Below, piece by piece: positions 8,401-15,959 of a DNA stretch of 32,000 nucleotides. This DNA comes from an uncultured Chloroflexia bacterium. GTDB lineage: Bacteria > Chloroflexota > Ktedonobacteria > Ktedonobacterales > JADMIN01. Below the pieces are notes generated by a model. It had not been told where the DNA came from and searched no databases. It was given only the letters and a program-made list of their open reading frames with translations. The stretch is taken from the NCBI GenBank assembly GCA_963718915.1, contig CAVRAI010000015.1, forward strand, positions 630,001 through 662,000, given 5' to 3'. Both the position numbers and the translations under genes were made by a program. How positions within the stretch are numbered: the stretch's first letter is position 1; the number at the start of each line of letters is the position of its first letter.

Positions 8401-9276
8401 CTATCGGGGTAAGCGGCGCGCCTCCTCCAGATAAGCGGTCACGCCATCATCCAGTTCCTGAGGGTAGGTGTATCCCAGCGCCTGCCCCACCTCAATCGCT
8501 AGCCGTCTGAAGAGCGCGGTCATGACGAAGAGCGCCTCCCAGTTTTCCGCGATGCCTGGCCCTACGTAGGTATGCTCGAACGCCGACCAGAGGTCGGGCG
8601 GCAGTGCGCGCTTCAGTCCTCGGCCCACAACGCCCGGCTTCCATGCCCAGTCATGATCAAGCTCGATGCGCCATTCGAGCAGGGGCAGCAATAATTCGCT
8701 TCTCATGACGACATCGAGGTTATAGCGAGCGAAGACAAGGTCGTCGCGCCAGAGGTTTTTGGCGACATAGGTGGATTCCCACCAGAACTCTTCGATGAGC
8801 GCCAGATATGCCTGTTCGGTGGGTTTCGGCGGAATATGCGCGGTACGGGTGGGCGCTGGCAGGCGCGCGGCCAGCCCATCTTTATCCAGCAAAACGCGAT
8901 AGCCCCAGTCCAGAAAGTCAGTGGATAGCTGTTGCTCTACCAGACGCTGGAGTAGCTCAATGGGCCAGATGGCAAAGTCTATCCTGGTGTGGTCGTGATA
9001 CATCACCAGGCGCATGTGGGTCTCGACACCCAGCACCGCAACCGGGTCGCCAAAGCGCACCAGTGGCTCGCCAAAGAAGCGCTGCCAGTCGTTGTTCTCG
9101 GCGAATGGGCGCGTATCCGAGACGACCAGCAGGATGTCATAGTCGGAGAAGCGGTCGAGCGGCGCCTGTTCGACGGCGCGCGAGCTTTCCAATATGACGG
9201 CGCGGATGAGCGGATGGCTCTCAGCCCACCACACAACTCGCTCCAACACCGCTGCTTCGTCGGGCATCTCTGGCAT
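8401..9276 (-). CDS. Aminoglycoside 6-nucleotidyltransferase, ANT(6)/AadK-like
   Basis: Best start is ATG 9276, preceded by GGGAGA. It matches my recollection of B. subtilis AadK along its length: IRAVILESSRA, DRFSDYDILLVV, FWWESTYVAKNLWRDDLVFA, ELLLPLLEWRI. Confidence 0.7.
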   Translation of the reverse strand: MPEMPDEAAVLERVVWWAESHPLIRAVILESSRAVEQAPLDRFSDYDILLVVSDTRPFAENNDWQRFFGEPLVRFGDPVAVLGVETHMRLVMYHDHTRIDFAIWPIELLQRLVEQQLSTDFLDWGYRVLLDKDGLAARLPAPTRTAHIPPKPTEQAYLALIEEFWWESTYVAKNLWRDDLVFARYNLDVVMRSELLLPLLEWRIELDHDWAWKPGVVGRGLKRALPPDLWSAFEHTYVGPGIAENWEALFVMTALFRRLAIEVGQALGYTYPQELDDGVTAYLEEARRLPR

Positions 9277-9436
9277 AGCGCATCGTCTCCCGCTGGATCC
9301 CTCTATGGTGGTATTCGACCCATACATGAGCCAACCACATCGTACGGCCAGCATGCCTGGGATCGCCGTCAGATATCTGACAGAGTGCCTGCGCCTGCGC
9401 GGCGGGATTGCACTCACCAGCCTCTAACGCGATGAA

Positions 9437-9471
9437 GCTCCTGCCTATCGCACGATACGACTGGCAGGAGC
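9437..9471. terminator. 9-bp perfect inverted repeat downstream of the monooxygenase/small-ORF pair
   Basis: GCTCCTGCC (9437-9445) - 17 nt - GGCAGGAGC (9463-9471). There is no adjacent U-tract on the minus strand, so terminator function is uncertain. Confidence 0.3.
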
Positions 9472-9527
9472 CTGTGCTGATTTTGAGATGAAAAGCGCTT
9501 TCACTCCGTGCGTCAGAAGGAGCACGC

Positions 9528-9743
9528 TTACGCCGCGCACAGCTCCTGTTGCGCTGCACGCTCGCTGGCGAGTCGCTCTGCCAGCCGGGCAACCCACTCC
9601 GGCCAGGTGAAGTGCGCGTCGGGCAGTTGCGTAGCAGGAAGCGGCCAGTAGGGTCGTGTTGATGTCATCGCGGCGCGCTGTGTCTGCTCGGATAGCGCTT
9701 CAGATGGTCGCTCAATTGGTCGCTCAATCGTTGCGGTATTCAT
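9528..9743 (-). CDS. 71-aa hypothetical protein, probably co-translated with the upstream monooxygenase
   Basis: ATG at 9743 has a strong GAGGAG 7 nt upstream, and begins 27 nt after the monooxygenase stop (9770). It contains an IERP-IERP duplication. Confidence 0.5.
   Translation of the reverse strand: MNTATIERPIERPSEALSEQTQRAAMTSTRPYWPLPATQLPDAHFTWPEWVARLAERLASERAAQQELCAA
9705..9728. repeat. Perfect 12-bp tandem duplication within the 71-aa ORF
   Basis: TGGTCGCTCAAT x2 (9705-9716 and 9717-9728), in frame. Confidence 0.9.
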
Positions 9744-9769
9744 CCTATTCTCCTCGTCTCATTATTGGC

Positions 9770-11023
9770 CTAATGGCCACGTGCCAGCGCTGGAGCCATC
9801 TCCAGCTGGGTCACATCGGCCAGGAAGATCCCGGCCTGCTCGGGGGTGGACATCGCCGCCCAGAAATGCTCAGGATGGTTAAAGCCCCAGGCATAGGCGT
9901 CCGCAACCGTCTGATGCTGCGTCGCGGCGCGCAACACCTCCAGCATGTGCGGTTGTGGTGGCCTCAGACGCCCGTTGGTTCCCTCGGTCACGGGCTGCGT
10001 GAAGGCCCAGACGCGCTGCTCGGCGTCGCGGCAGAATTCTTCGTCGAAGCTATGGGCGTCGAGGATCGCCTCGCCCAGCGCCCAGGCGGCGTACGAAGCG
10101 GTGTTGGCCCCCTGGCCAATGATCGGATCGTTCACGATGTGCGCGTCGCCCAGCGCCACCACATACTGGCCCGTCTCCAGGCGCCGATACCCAGCACGCA
10201 CAGTCGGCGTGATCGCGGCGTGGCAGAGATCAAGATGGCGGCTGAGCGTGAATGCGTCACGGTCGATACGCGCAGAGATCGCTGGGGCGTACGTCCGCAG
10301 CAGATCGAGCACGGTCGCCTCGAAGCGCCTGGGATCGTCCAGATAGCGCATGTGTGCGACCGCCTCGAAGGCTCCCCCTTTGATGCTCTCGAAGGCGATG
10401 GCCGTCAGCCCCGGCTCGAACGAGACGACGGGGAACGACAGGATTTCTCCCTGACCTGGAACGACGATGACGTCGAGCGCACGTGGTGAGCCGAGCGCAA
10501 CGCCGCGATAGAAGCCACCAGCGACCAGGCGTTGTGGCGCGCTGAATGGTGAGTGCTCGGCAATGCGCGGGAAGAGCGTGCCAAGCGCTCCACGCCCGGT
10601 CGCTACGACCACCAGATCGTACTCTTCGGCGAGGGTCGCTACATCCTCCACCTGGAGTGTCCCAACGCGCACACGCCCACCACGCCGCGCAAAGTCATCG
10701 AGCAGGCGCGCGCAGTAGATGCGCATATCAACACTCATACATGGTTCATCGTACGCGCCGCTGAAAAATAGCGGGCGCTCGCCATGGATACGCAAGGCAA
10801 GGTGTGTCAATGCGACCTCTTCGTCGTCCCAGTGAGCCACCCCAAGCATGCGCTCGCGTGCGCGCGTTGGCGCGGAACGTATCACGGCATTTGACAGTCG
10901 GCTGGATAACAACTGGTCAGAGGTTTGCTCCGTGTGAATCGTCACCTCGAAGCCCGCGTGTCGCAGGAACAGGCCAAGTTGTAGGCCCGCGATCCCCGCG
11001 CCGATAATCCCAATCCTCGTCAT
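9770..11023 (-). CDS. StyA-like (styrene/indole monooxygenase family) FAD-dependent oxygenase
   Basis: ATG 11023 follows GAGAGGGGGA. It has the dinucleotide-binding motif RIGIIGAGIAGLQLG and the later DPIIGQGANTAS block. At about 417 aa its size is typical of StyA-type oxygenase subunits. Confidence 0.7.
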   Translation of the reverse strand: MTRIGIIGAGIAGLQLGLFLRHAGFEVTIHTEQTSDQLLSSRLSNAVIRSAPTRARERMLGVAHWDDEEVALTHLALRIHGERPLFFSGAYDEPCMSVDMRIYCARLLDDFARRGGRVRVGTLQVEDVATLAEEYDLVVVATGRGALGTLFPRIAEHSPFSAPQRLVAGGFYRGVALGSPRALDVIVVPGQGEILSFPVVSFEPGLTAIAFESIKGGAFEAVAHMRYLDDPRRFEATVLDLLRTYAPAISARIDRDAFTLSRHLDLCHAAITPTVRAGYRRLETGQYVVALGDAHIVNDPIIGQGANTASYAAWALGEAILDAHSFDEEFCRDAEQRVWAFTQPVTEGTNGRLRPPQPHMLEVLRAATQHQTVADAYAWGFNHPEHFWAAMSTPEQAGIFLADVTQLEMAPALARGH

Positions 11024-11100
11024 GGCTATCCCCCTCTCGCTGAACAATCGCGTTCAGTGTTGATGGGTCTAGCCTACCGGTAGATAGTGCTGGATAGACA

Positions 11101-11139
11101 GCCGAAGCGCTGCCGAATTGGCGCCGAATTATTGCCGAA
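11101..11139. promoter_or_regulatory. Four GCCGAA hexamers phased at exactly 11 bp (TTCGGC on the coding strand of the flanking genes)
   Basis: Hexamers start at 11101, 11112, 11123 and 11134, with non-conserved 5-nt spacers gcgct/ttggc/ttatt. They lie between the regulator stop (11167) and the StyA-like start (11023). Confidence 0.55.
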
Positions 11140-11166
11140 AAGTGGGAGGGGATGGCGTGGGAGATT

Positions 11167-13296
11167 TTAATTGCTGGCGCCGTTGAGCTCGCGCTGCCAG
11201 AGCCAGTCGGTGATACGCTCGATTCCGTTGGCGAGGTGATAGCGATAAGTGTTGAAGGGGAGGCCGAGCAGTTCCGCGGCTCGCTCCTGCGTAGGCGCTG
11301 GTTCGATGTAGGTATGCCAGATGGCGCGGTGAAACTTGATCTCCTTCGGGTTCTCCGCCAGACTGGCCACGGCTTCGAGCATGAGCGCCCGCAACGCTTC
11401 GGGTGAGGGGCCTTGCCGGGCGACATCCGCGACCAACCGTGACTGCATCAGCGGATTCGCCGCCAGCTCGCTCGCGTGGGTATAGTCGCGCAACGCCTGA
11501 CGCACCGCATCGGCAAACTCTGGCTGCGAGAGCACCAGCAGTGACGGCGCAGAAGAGAGGGTTGGTGACTGTGTCGTGAGATTCGGGTCGGCGGCCAGGG
11601 TCGCTTTGACGTTGAGCCAATCCATGGCTGGCTCCACGCGCCAGTCGTGCGTAAAGACACCGAAGCGTTGCCCATCAGTCACAAAGTCGGCCTCCGGTGA
11701 GCGCCAGAAATGGACGGCGGTAAAATGGGGTTCGATGAAATCAGGATCGAAGATGGGGATGAAGTTCCAGGCCAGCTTGGGATGAGTAATAAGGTCGATG
11801 GTTGTATTGATCGCCGCGAGATTAAAAGCTGGCGAGACGCCCTGGAAACCCTCGGTGGTCATCCAGAAACGCGCGTAGAGGATTTCTTCGTCCTGCCGCA
11901 GTGGGCCATGACGCGCAATGAAATCTACCGCCGACCGGATCGCTGGATCCGTCGCGATATCCTCTGGACTGGGCTGCCTCAAGAGGAGATGGGCCAGGAG
12001 GCCGAACACGTCGCCGCCCACATTGCGGAGCATGCGAAACGCCTGCGGCTGGCGCTCGAGCCAGTAAGCCGCGATCTTCGCCGAGGCCTCCCCCTGATGG
12101 CGCGCGATCAACGCCAGGATGGTAGGGTGGTCGTGTGCCGATGCCACCTCGGCGTAGGCGCTGCCCAGCGCCGACCATTCATAGTAGGGGCGGTAGACGG
12201 GGCTATGCCGACACAGGTAGAGCAGGGAGAACCAGATGCGCTGTTGCTCCATGCCATAGGCCTGGACAAATCTGGCGTAGAGGGCGGCAAACAGGCGATG
12301 GGTGAGACGGCGGAAGCTCTCGGGATTGCGCCAGCGCCAGTCGGCATCCAGCACCTCGCGCGCCAGATCGTGGGGGAAGAGGCCAAAGGGGCCGTCTTCA
12401 ATGAAGGGGAGTTGGCGCAGCCACTCGAAGAGCGTATGCGCATCACTAACGCTGGCTCCTTCAAGCATATCGCCTAACAAAGTCTCGGTAGTTGCCCACA
12501 TGCGCACGCAGATATCCAGCGCCAGACGATGATCGGCGCTGGGCACATCCTGCACGAGGCGCTCCAGCAGCACGCGCACCACATCTGGCTCAGGTTCATA
12601 GAGCGACGCGCGCGATGGCAACTTTCCCCCACGGCCCAGCACATCGGCGACGAGCGCCAGCGCCAGGGGATGCCCATGCGTAAAGGCCAGAACGTCAGTA
12701 TGCAGATCATCGGGGATGCCGCGCATTGCCAGATAGGTCTGGCACTCGTCCGGGCGCAGATCGCGGAGCGGTGCGATGCGCGCTAACTCTGCCCAGTCAA
12801 TATCGGTACGCCAGGGTGACGTGGGTGGGTTGCGGCTGGCGATCACCACGAGGCTCTGCGCTGGCAGTTGCGGCAGAAACGTCTCACGCAGCCAGCCATC
12901 GAGCGCGGTCAGGATTTCGTAGCGATCAATCAGGAGCACGCCAGCCGATGGCCAGTGTGCGATAACATGCGCCAGACTCACGTCCTCAAGCTCCAGGCAC
13001 TGGCTCAGGGCAAACAGAAACCCCGATGGCGTTGGGTCGATATTTCGCCCATCCACCTGCACGACGATCTTTTCGCCGGTTGCCGCGCGGCGGGCGTATT
13101 CGTGGAGCAGGGTGGTCTTGCCGATGCCACCGGGGCCATAGACGTAGAGCACAGCAAAAGGCGGCTCGGCTGTCTGGATCGCTGCGCAGAACATCTCAAG
13201 TTCATCTGAGCGTCCGACGAAGCGTCCGCGCCGGGCTGCGACCAGCCGATCAGCAATTCGCGGGGTTTGCGCAGTAGCGTGATTCCTGGTAGCCAT
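11167..13296 (-). CDS. P-loop NTPase regulator with C-terminal HTH
   Basis: ATG at 13296. Motifs: Walker A GPGGIGKTTLL, Walker B-like VLLIDRYE, and a C-terminal HTH ERAAELLGLPFNTYRYHLANGIERITDWL. Confidence 0.75.
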   Translation of the reverse strand: MATRNHATAQTPRIADRLVAARRGRFVGRSDELEMFCAAIQTAEPPFAVLYVYGPGGIGKTTLLHEYARRAATGEKIVVQVDGRNIDPTPSGFLFALSQCLELEDVSLAHVIAHWPSAGVLLIDRYEILTALDGWLRETFLPQLPAQSLVVIASRNPPTSPWRTDIDWAELARIAPLRDLRPDECQTYLAMRGIPDDLHTDVLAFTHGHPLALALVADVLGRGGKLPSRASLYEPEPDVVRVLLERLVQDVPSADHRLALDICVRMWATTETLLGDMLEGASVSDAHTLFEWLRQLPFIEDGPFGLFPHDLAREVLDADWRWRNPESFRRLTHRLFAALYARFVQAYGMEQQRIWFSLLYLCRHSPVYRPYYEWSALGSAYAEVASAHDHPTILALIARHQGEASAKIAAYWLERQPQAFRMLRNVGGDVFGLLAHLLLRQPSPEDIATDPAIRSAVDFIARHGPLRQDEEILYARFWMTTEGFQGVSPAFNLAAINTTIDLITHPKLAWNFIPIFDPDFIEPHFTAVHFWRSPEADFVTDGQRFGVFTHDWRVEPAMDWLNVKATLAADPNLTTQSPTLSSAPSLLVLSQPEFADAVRQALRDYTHASELAANPLMQSRLVADVARQGPSPEALRALMLEAVASLAENPKEIKFHRAIWHTYIEPAPTQERAAELLGLPFNTYRYHLANGIERITDWLWQRELNGASN

Positions 13297-13334
13297 TGTC
13301 TCATGCTCTCTGAATGACGCCTGGCATGGAATGG

Positions 13335-13343
13335 AGTATAGCA
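13335..13343 (-). promoter_or_regulatory. Extended -10 promoter element (TGcTATACT) for the P-loop/HTH regulator
   Basis: The minus strand reads gTGCTATACTcc. This is about 40 nt upstream of ATG 13296. No good -35 is present, which is consistent with the extended -10 class. Confidence 0.35.
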
Positions 13344-13385
13344 CACGCCAGACTTCGTGGCGGGCCGCTGCCGATCCATAATTTG

Positions 13386-13411
13386 GCGTAGAGATAATGC
13401 GTAGAGATGAT
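13386..13411. repeat. 13-bp tandem direct repeat upstream of the regulator promoter, overlapping the GT2 stop codon
   Basis: GCGTAGAGATAAT / GCGTAGAGATGAT (12/13 identical). Confidence 0.8.
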
Positions 13412-15069
13412 TACGAAGAGCGGACCCGCTGCAGCCAGGGGATGATGACCTGGATGAAAGAGCGACTTACCACGGCGAGCGCGATAAGCACAAACCAGCC
13501 CATCAACGTTTGATTGGGCGCCCGCATCTGCGCGGTGATGAACAAGATACCGCCCAGCAGCGCCGAAGTCATCGTCGCGACGACTGGCCAGGAAAACCAG
13601 CGCACGCAGAGCGCGATAACAAGCACGCTGAGCAACGTCAGCCAGATAGAGAATACCCCGCTGAGTTGCAGGTAACCCAGACAGGCGAGACCCACCGCCA
13701 GATCCGCCGCGATGGTCCAGCGGCTCGTGATGCCCTTTCTGGCCACGAATTCCAGCAGGGCGGTTGTCCATCCCAGCAGCAACAGCGTTTCGGCGATTTC
13801 CAGCCGCTCTCCAGCGCCCCACGACAGCACCAGCAACACCGCGATGAGCAGGCGCACTCTCGCCAACCCGCCTCCCCACAGCATACCCAGGGTATACCCC
13901 TCGCGTTGCGCGCCGAATTGATAGGTTCGACCCTTCCAGACGATTCCCGCGCCGAACTCCGTCTGGATCGCGGCGTGCAGCGTTGTCAGGATGATGGCCA
14001 GCATCGTTCCGGCCTGGAGAAATACCAGGGCGGGCGGCAGATGGAAGCGCCGCATCACCAGCAGGTGGGTTGTCCAGAGAAAGGCGACCTGGAGGAGCGG
14101 TAGCCAGAACCACGGGCCAGATGCTGGGTAATGGATCAATCCAACCGCCAGAAAGACATATGGCCCACAGAACAGCGCGACGCAGGCCGCGACGCCGGGC
14201 AGAAGAATAGGGAGCGAATAATTGATCGCGGCGAAGGCGCTTTTGGTGATGCCGCGCCAGGCCTCCGCGAAGCTGTGGTACATCCGCACGCGCATCAGGG
14301 CCGTGCCATCAATCCAGACGAGCCGCCCGCCATGGCGTTTGATGAGCCGACTCAACTGGATATCTTCCACGATATCGGTGCGCACTGCGGCGTGGCCGCC
14401 GATACGCAGATAGGCTTCGCGGCGGAAGAGCAAAAACTGCCCCAGCGCCCCGGCAAATACTGGTGATGGATGGTTCGTTACCAGGCCCAGTGGTAAGAAT
14501 GCGGCGAATGTCATGGGGATGATCGGCAAGAGCAGCGCTTCACCGAAACTGCCGACGAGGGTTGTCGGGATCATCGTCAGCAGGTCGGCGCGTCGCTCGC
14601 GTGCCTGGCGCAGCGTGACCGAGACACACTGTGGAGCAAGCACGGTGTCAGCGTCTACGAAGAGCAACCACTCGCCACTCGCCGCTTTGGCCAGTTGCGC
14701 GCAGGCGTTGGCCTTGCCGTGCCAGTTGGGCGGCAGTTCCCCGCCATGCAGCAGCCGCACATTGGGATAGCGTCGCGCCAGATCGTCGACGATGGCTGCC
14801 GTCTGGTCCTCGCTCTGATCATCGAGCACGATGATTTCGCAGCGCGGATAGTCCTGTTGCGCGAGCGATGCGACGCACTGCGCAATCGAGCGTTCCTCGT
14901 TGCGTGCGGGCACGAGGATGGAGACGAGCGCCGTCTCTGCGCTGTCATCTACGTCACCATCACTCATGAGCGCCTGTCTATTGGGTGCGCTGAGCAGGCG
15001 CAGATTATTGATGGTGTTGAGCAGCAACGCCGCCAGAATAGCTGTGATGAAAACCTGATATATGAGCAT
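13411..15069 (-). CDS. Family-2 glycosyltransferase fused to an extra polytopic membrane domain (CrtQ/HpnI-like catalytic part)
   Basis: ATG follows GAGG. GT-A motifs: VSILVPARNEE, IIVLDDQSED, LPPNWHGKANA, LFVDADT. The C-terminal region of roughly 170 aa adds several further TM helices. Confidence 0.8.
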   Translation of the reverse strand: MLIYQVFITAILAALLLNTINNLRLLSAPNRQALMSDGDVDDSAETALVSILVPARNEERSIAQCVASLAQQDYPRCEIIVLDDQSEDQTAAIVDDLARRYPNVRLLHGGELPPNWHGKANACAQLAKAASGEWLLFVDADTVLAPQCVSVTLRQARERRADLLTMIPTTLVGSFGEALLLPIIPMTFAAFLPLGLVTNHPSPVFAGALGQFLLFRREAYLRIGGHAAVRTDIVEDIQLSRLIKRHGGRLVWIDGTALMRVRMYHSFAEAWRGITKSAFAAINYSLPILLPGVAACVALFCGPYVFLAVGLIHYPASGPWFWLPLLQVAFLWTTHLLVMRRFHLPPALVFLQAGTMLAIILTTLHAAIQTEFGAGIVWKGRTYQFGAQREGYTLGMLWGGGLARVRLLIAVLLVLSWGAGERLEIAETLLLLGWTTALLEFVARKGITSRWTIAADLAVGLACLGYLQLSGVFSIWLTLLSVLVIALCVRWFSWPVVATMTSALLGGILFITAQMRAPNQTLMGWFVLIALAVVSRSFIQVIIPWLQRVRSS

Positions 15070-15118
15070 GAGCGCCTCATCTAGAGAATGCTGGAATTAC
15101 CTTGCGGGGTGGTTGGTA

Positions 15119-15784
15119 TCAGCGCGGGCGAGTGTCCGGCGGAGAAGAGTCGTCACTTGCTTGGTTCGTTGGACGTTGCCAGCCAGGGTTTGCCGCCCCC
15201 TGCCAGGGATGACTGTTCCAAACGCGCGTATCATGGGCGTGGTCAAGCCGCTTTTTCAGCGCGGCCAGCAGAGCGATGCCGAGTGTATACGCGGATACCC
15301 AGAGCGGCTGGCGAAACAGGAGGGGTAGCAGGATGATGGCGACAATCCCAACCGCCACGCTGGGGTTGAAATCGCGGACGATAAGGTACGCCAGTCCCAG
15401 GATGATGAGCGCGCATAGGGTGGAGAGCGGCGAGATCGCCAGCAGCACGCCGAGCGCCGGGGCTAGCCCTTTGCCGCCGCGTCCGCGCAGGAAGATGGAG
15501 AACTGGTGGCCAAGCACAACCGCCACCCCGGCAATGAGGGCGCTCACCGGCGGAACAATCGCGGTGGCTGCCCAGTAGATCAGGTAGCCTTTCAGGCAAT
15601 CGAGCAGAAGAGCCAGGACTCCCCATTGCGGGCCGACGACGTGCCATACGTTGCGGCTGCCGACGTTGCCCTCGCCCACTTCATAGAGCTTCAGACCTGT
15701 GCGCCATTTTGTGATGATCTGGGAAAATGGGATCGAACCGATGAGGTACGCGCCCAGAATCACGACGAGGCTGAGTTTATCCAT
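15119..15784 (-). CDS. plsY: PlsY-family glycerol-3-phosphate acyltransferase (divergent motif 1)
   Basis: ATG follows GAGGTGG. The N-terminus LGAYLIGSIPFSQII ... GEGNVGSRNV ... LLLDCLKG matches PlsY (canonical GSGNxGATN). It carries a hydrophilic C-terminal tail. Confidence 0.7.
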   Translation of the reverse strand: MDKLSLVVILGAYLIGSIPFSQIITKWRTGLKLYEVGEGNVGSRNVWHVVGPQWGVLALLLDCLKGYLIYWAATAIVPPVSALIAGVAVVLGHQFSIFLRGRGGKGLAPALGVLLAISPLSTLCALIILGLAYLIVRDFNPSVAVGIVAIILLPLLFRQPLWVSAYTLGIALLAALKKRLDHAHDTRVWNSHPWQGAANPGWQRPTNQASDDSSPPDTRPR

Positions 15785-15959
15785 AGCACCACCTCACACG
15801 TCCAAGCGACCCAACAGCACCTACTATCTAGCATCTTGTATAGCATCTCGCATAAAACGGCCCACAGCGCGAAAGACTTCCCTTGCTCATCATACCCGAT
15901 GCTTACCCTGTCAGGGTAGTGAGCGGAGATAGTTCGGCCATCGGCATGTGTCGAGGGAG

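Noticed and set aside
8274-8510. 78-aa plus-strand ORF whose first half (…GTVLIAWTGTDSDKWLRVGN…) faintly resembles an AWTGTD-type repeat seen in some secreted proteins
   Set aside because: It is short, its second half runs antisense into the ANT(6) gene, and it has no RBS. At best it is a gene remnant, which I cannot support.
9368-9381. 14-bp perfect palindrome GTCAGATATCTGAC upstream of the ANT(6)-like gene; also the 15-bp palindrome TACCCTGTCAGGGTA at 15904-15918
   Set aside because: About two 7+7 palindromes are expected by chance per 32 kb, and I have no supporting evidence such as a second copy or a regulator.
9656-10489. 277-aa plus-strand ORF opposite the StyA-like gene; likewise 11710-12477 opposite the P-loop/HTH regulator, and 13301-14113 and 13510-14103 around the GT2 gene
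   Set aside because: These are high-GC antisense or out-of-frame artefacts. The competing frames carry GxGxxG, Walker A or GT-A motifs.
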